Source: Podarcis erhardii
Lineage: Eukaryota
NCBI GenBank assembly: GCA_964252035.1
Contig: OZ176201.1
Length of the DNA stretch: 64,000 bases
Strand: one strand, 5' to 3'
The notes beneath the pieces were generated by a model. It worked only from the letters and a program-made list of their open reading frames with translations. It did not search any database and was not told where the DNA came from. The translations under genes and the position numbers were made by a program. Positions 61,925-64,000 of this stretch are shown here, piece by piece (positions within the stretch are counted from its first letter, which is position 1; each line of letters opens with the position of its first letter).

Positions 61925-62137
61925 CAGTGGTACCTGTAATTCGTTCTGGAGGTCTGTTCTTAACCTGAAATTGTTCTTAACCTAAAGCACCACTTTAGCT
62001 AATGGGCCTCCGGCTGCCCCTGTGCCGCCAGAGCATGATTTCTGTTCTCATCCTGAAGCAAAATTCTTAACCCGAAGTACTATTTCTGGGTTAGTGGAGT
62101 CTGTAACCTGAAGCGTCTGTAACCCAAGGTACCATTG
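61925..62137. mobile_element. Tigger/pogo-type MITE family A
   Basis: cagtggtacct / aaggtaccattg. Confidence 0.88.
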
Positions 62138-62986
62138 TACTGGTGCAAATGGCTTCTATTAAAGTCACTATGAATAGTAGTTATATTATTTATAGATTAA
62201 TTAATATCAATCATGGCTGTATATGGCAAGCGGTCACTGGCTTTGTATACAAACTGTATGTAGGGAGCATTTATTGCATAAATTCAGTCCCTTGCTATTG
62301 AGCCAGTAACCAATTGTGCCGTGTTATTCAACCTGAGAAATAGAACTTGATGAAAAATCTGATAATCAGTTTGGTTCAATTGCTCACTGTCAACACACAG
62401 CACATTAAACTTAGCTAAGTAGGTGATGCCATGAATACCAAGTCTTGAATTCCCTGACTGACAGCATAACATTTCCATTCCTATTATACATATATAGAAG
62501 CAGAAGGTTGTCAGGGGTTGTTTGTTTGGCCAGGCTCAATGTATAAGCAAGTTAATACCGGTTGCACTCTACAAGGAACATCTCAAAGACAGCAACAATC
62601 TATTTGTGGCACAACATAGTGACACCAAGGGAGTATCTATTACAAGAAACTAAATGCTGCCCATCTACTTACACTTGCACACTGCGATAAAAGAGGAATG
62701 ATGTTTCAGTACTTTTAATCAAACCTTTTAACAAAGCCAAATGAGGTTGTTTACAATGATTTCCAGCTCAATAGCATGCATGCTGAGCTCCTATTGCGTA
62801 TTCAAGCCACAAGCCATGGAAAAATAATAATGGTTCTGAGCATGCTTGATACACAGCTGTGCACTATACAGTCATATGCACACATATTTGTGCATTGGCC
62901 ACAGCCAAACACAGAGTTAAGCTTCCTCAAGACCACTGAAATCACAATCATGGGAATAGTGGTTGTCCATACACTCAACTCCTACT

Positions 62987-63338
62987 TAAAGGTAAAGGGA
63001 CCCCTGACCAATAGGTCCAGTCACGGATGACTCTGGGGTTGCGGCGCTCATCTCGCTTTATTGGCTGAGGGAGCCAGCATACAGCTTCTGGGCCATGTGG
63101 CCAGCATGACTAAGCCGCTTCTGGTGAACCAGAGCAGTGCACGGAAATGCCGTTTACCTTCCCGCCGGAGCAGTACCTATTTATCTACCTGCACTTTGAT
63201 GTGCTTCCGAACTGCTAGGTTGGCAGGAGCTGGGACCGAGTAATGGGAGCTCAGCCTGTTGCGGGGATTCGAACCGCCAACCTTTTGATCGGCAAGCCCT
63301 AGGCTCTGTGGTTTAACCCACAGCGCCACCTGCGTCCC
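62987..63338 (-). mobile_element. Sauria SINE
   Basis: Full-length homolog of the other copies. Confidence 0.95.
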
Positions 63339-63372
63339 TTAGCAGGTATTAAATCATTACTATTTGGCCTAA

Positions 63373-64000
63373 TTCGGCCGAATTGCTACTATTAAGATGA
63401 ATGTATTGCCTAGAATGTTATTTTTATTTCAGACGTTGCAGATCTTGGACAAGATGGACTGTTTCAAGAAGTGGCAGAAAGATATATCAAAATTTGTCTG
63501 GCAGGGCAAAAAGCCCAGAATAAAATTTAAGATCTTAACTGATGCAAAAGATAGAGGGGGGTTTGCCCTGCCGGACTTAAGACTTTATTATGAATCGGCA
63601 GCTTTCTGCTGGCTGAAACACTGGCTACTTCTTGAGAACACAGACATTTTGGATCTGGAAGGGTACGATAATAACTTTGGCTGGCATGCATACTTATGGT
63701 ACGATAAGGCAAAGGTGTATAAAGGTTTCAAAAATCATATTGTTAGGAAAGCATTATATAATGTTTGGATCCGATATAAAGATCTGTTGGAAAGTAAAAC
63801 TCCCAGGTGGCTGTCACCAATGGAAGCCAAGGAGGTGAAAAAACTTAATATGGATTCTAAATGGCCAAAATATTGTGAAATCTTAGAACATGATGGTGAA
63901 AGAGTTAAACTTCAGAGTTATGAGAAATTAAAGTCCAAAGTTCGAGATTGGTTGCACTATCATCAGATAAATGAGACATTTAAACAGGATAGGAAAATAG
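63373..64000 (+). mobile_element. 5'-truncated L1, ORF2 post-RT region, open frame to window end
   Basis: FGRIATIKMNVLPRMLFLFQTL..FVWQGKKPRIK..GGFALPDLRLYY..; 209 codons without a stop. Confidence 0.92.

Noticed and set aside
63371-63384. 14-bp palindrome aattcggccgaatt as an L1 twin-priming inversion junction
   Set aside because: Mostly explained by the native FGRI codons; the upstream bases show no recognisable inverted L1 sequence.

Overview
Vertebrate (squamate, most likely lacertid lizard) genomic DNA. The only protein-coding gene is KCNJ16 (Kir5.1 inward-rectifier K+ channel), a single coding exon at 52000-53304 (+) with its splice acceptor at 51904-51905. The ~52 kb upstream and ~10 kb downstream are non-coding and dense in transposable elements: six Sauria SINEs, CR1-tailed and L2-tailed tRNA SINEs, L1/L2/CR1 fragments, a Penelope-like terminus, about 17 Tigger/pogo-type MITEs in five families, several hAT MITEs with 8-bp TSDs, and solo-LTR-like elements. 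Most interesting observations: (1) a ~340-bp, ~95%-identical inverted copy of the KCNJ16 3' UTR segment 50 kb upstream, bracketing the locus; (2) a minimal hammerhead ribozyme motif (one core substitution) in the Penelope-like terminus; (3) this Kir5.1 has Asp at the rectification-controller site (human Asn161) and Ser after the GYG filter; (4) candidate promoter/first exon, non-coding micro-exons and a uORF for KCNJ16; (5) MITE families carrying NRF1/CRE/ETS or heptamer-octamer motifs. No database search was run; family names rest on recognition and manual alignment. No prokaryote-type system (CRISPR etc.) is present.
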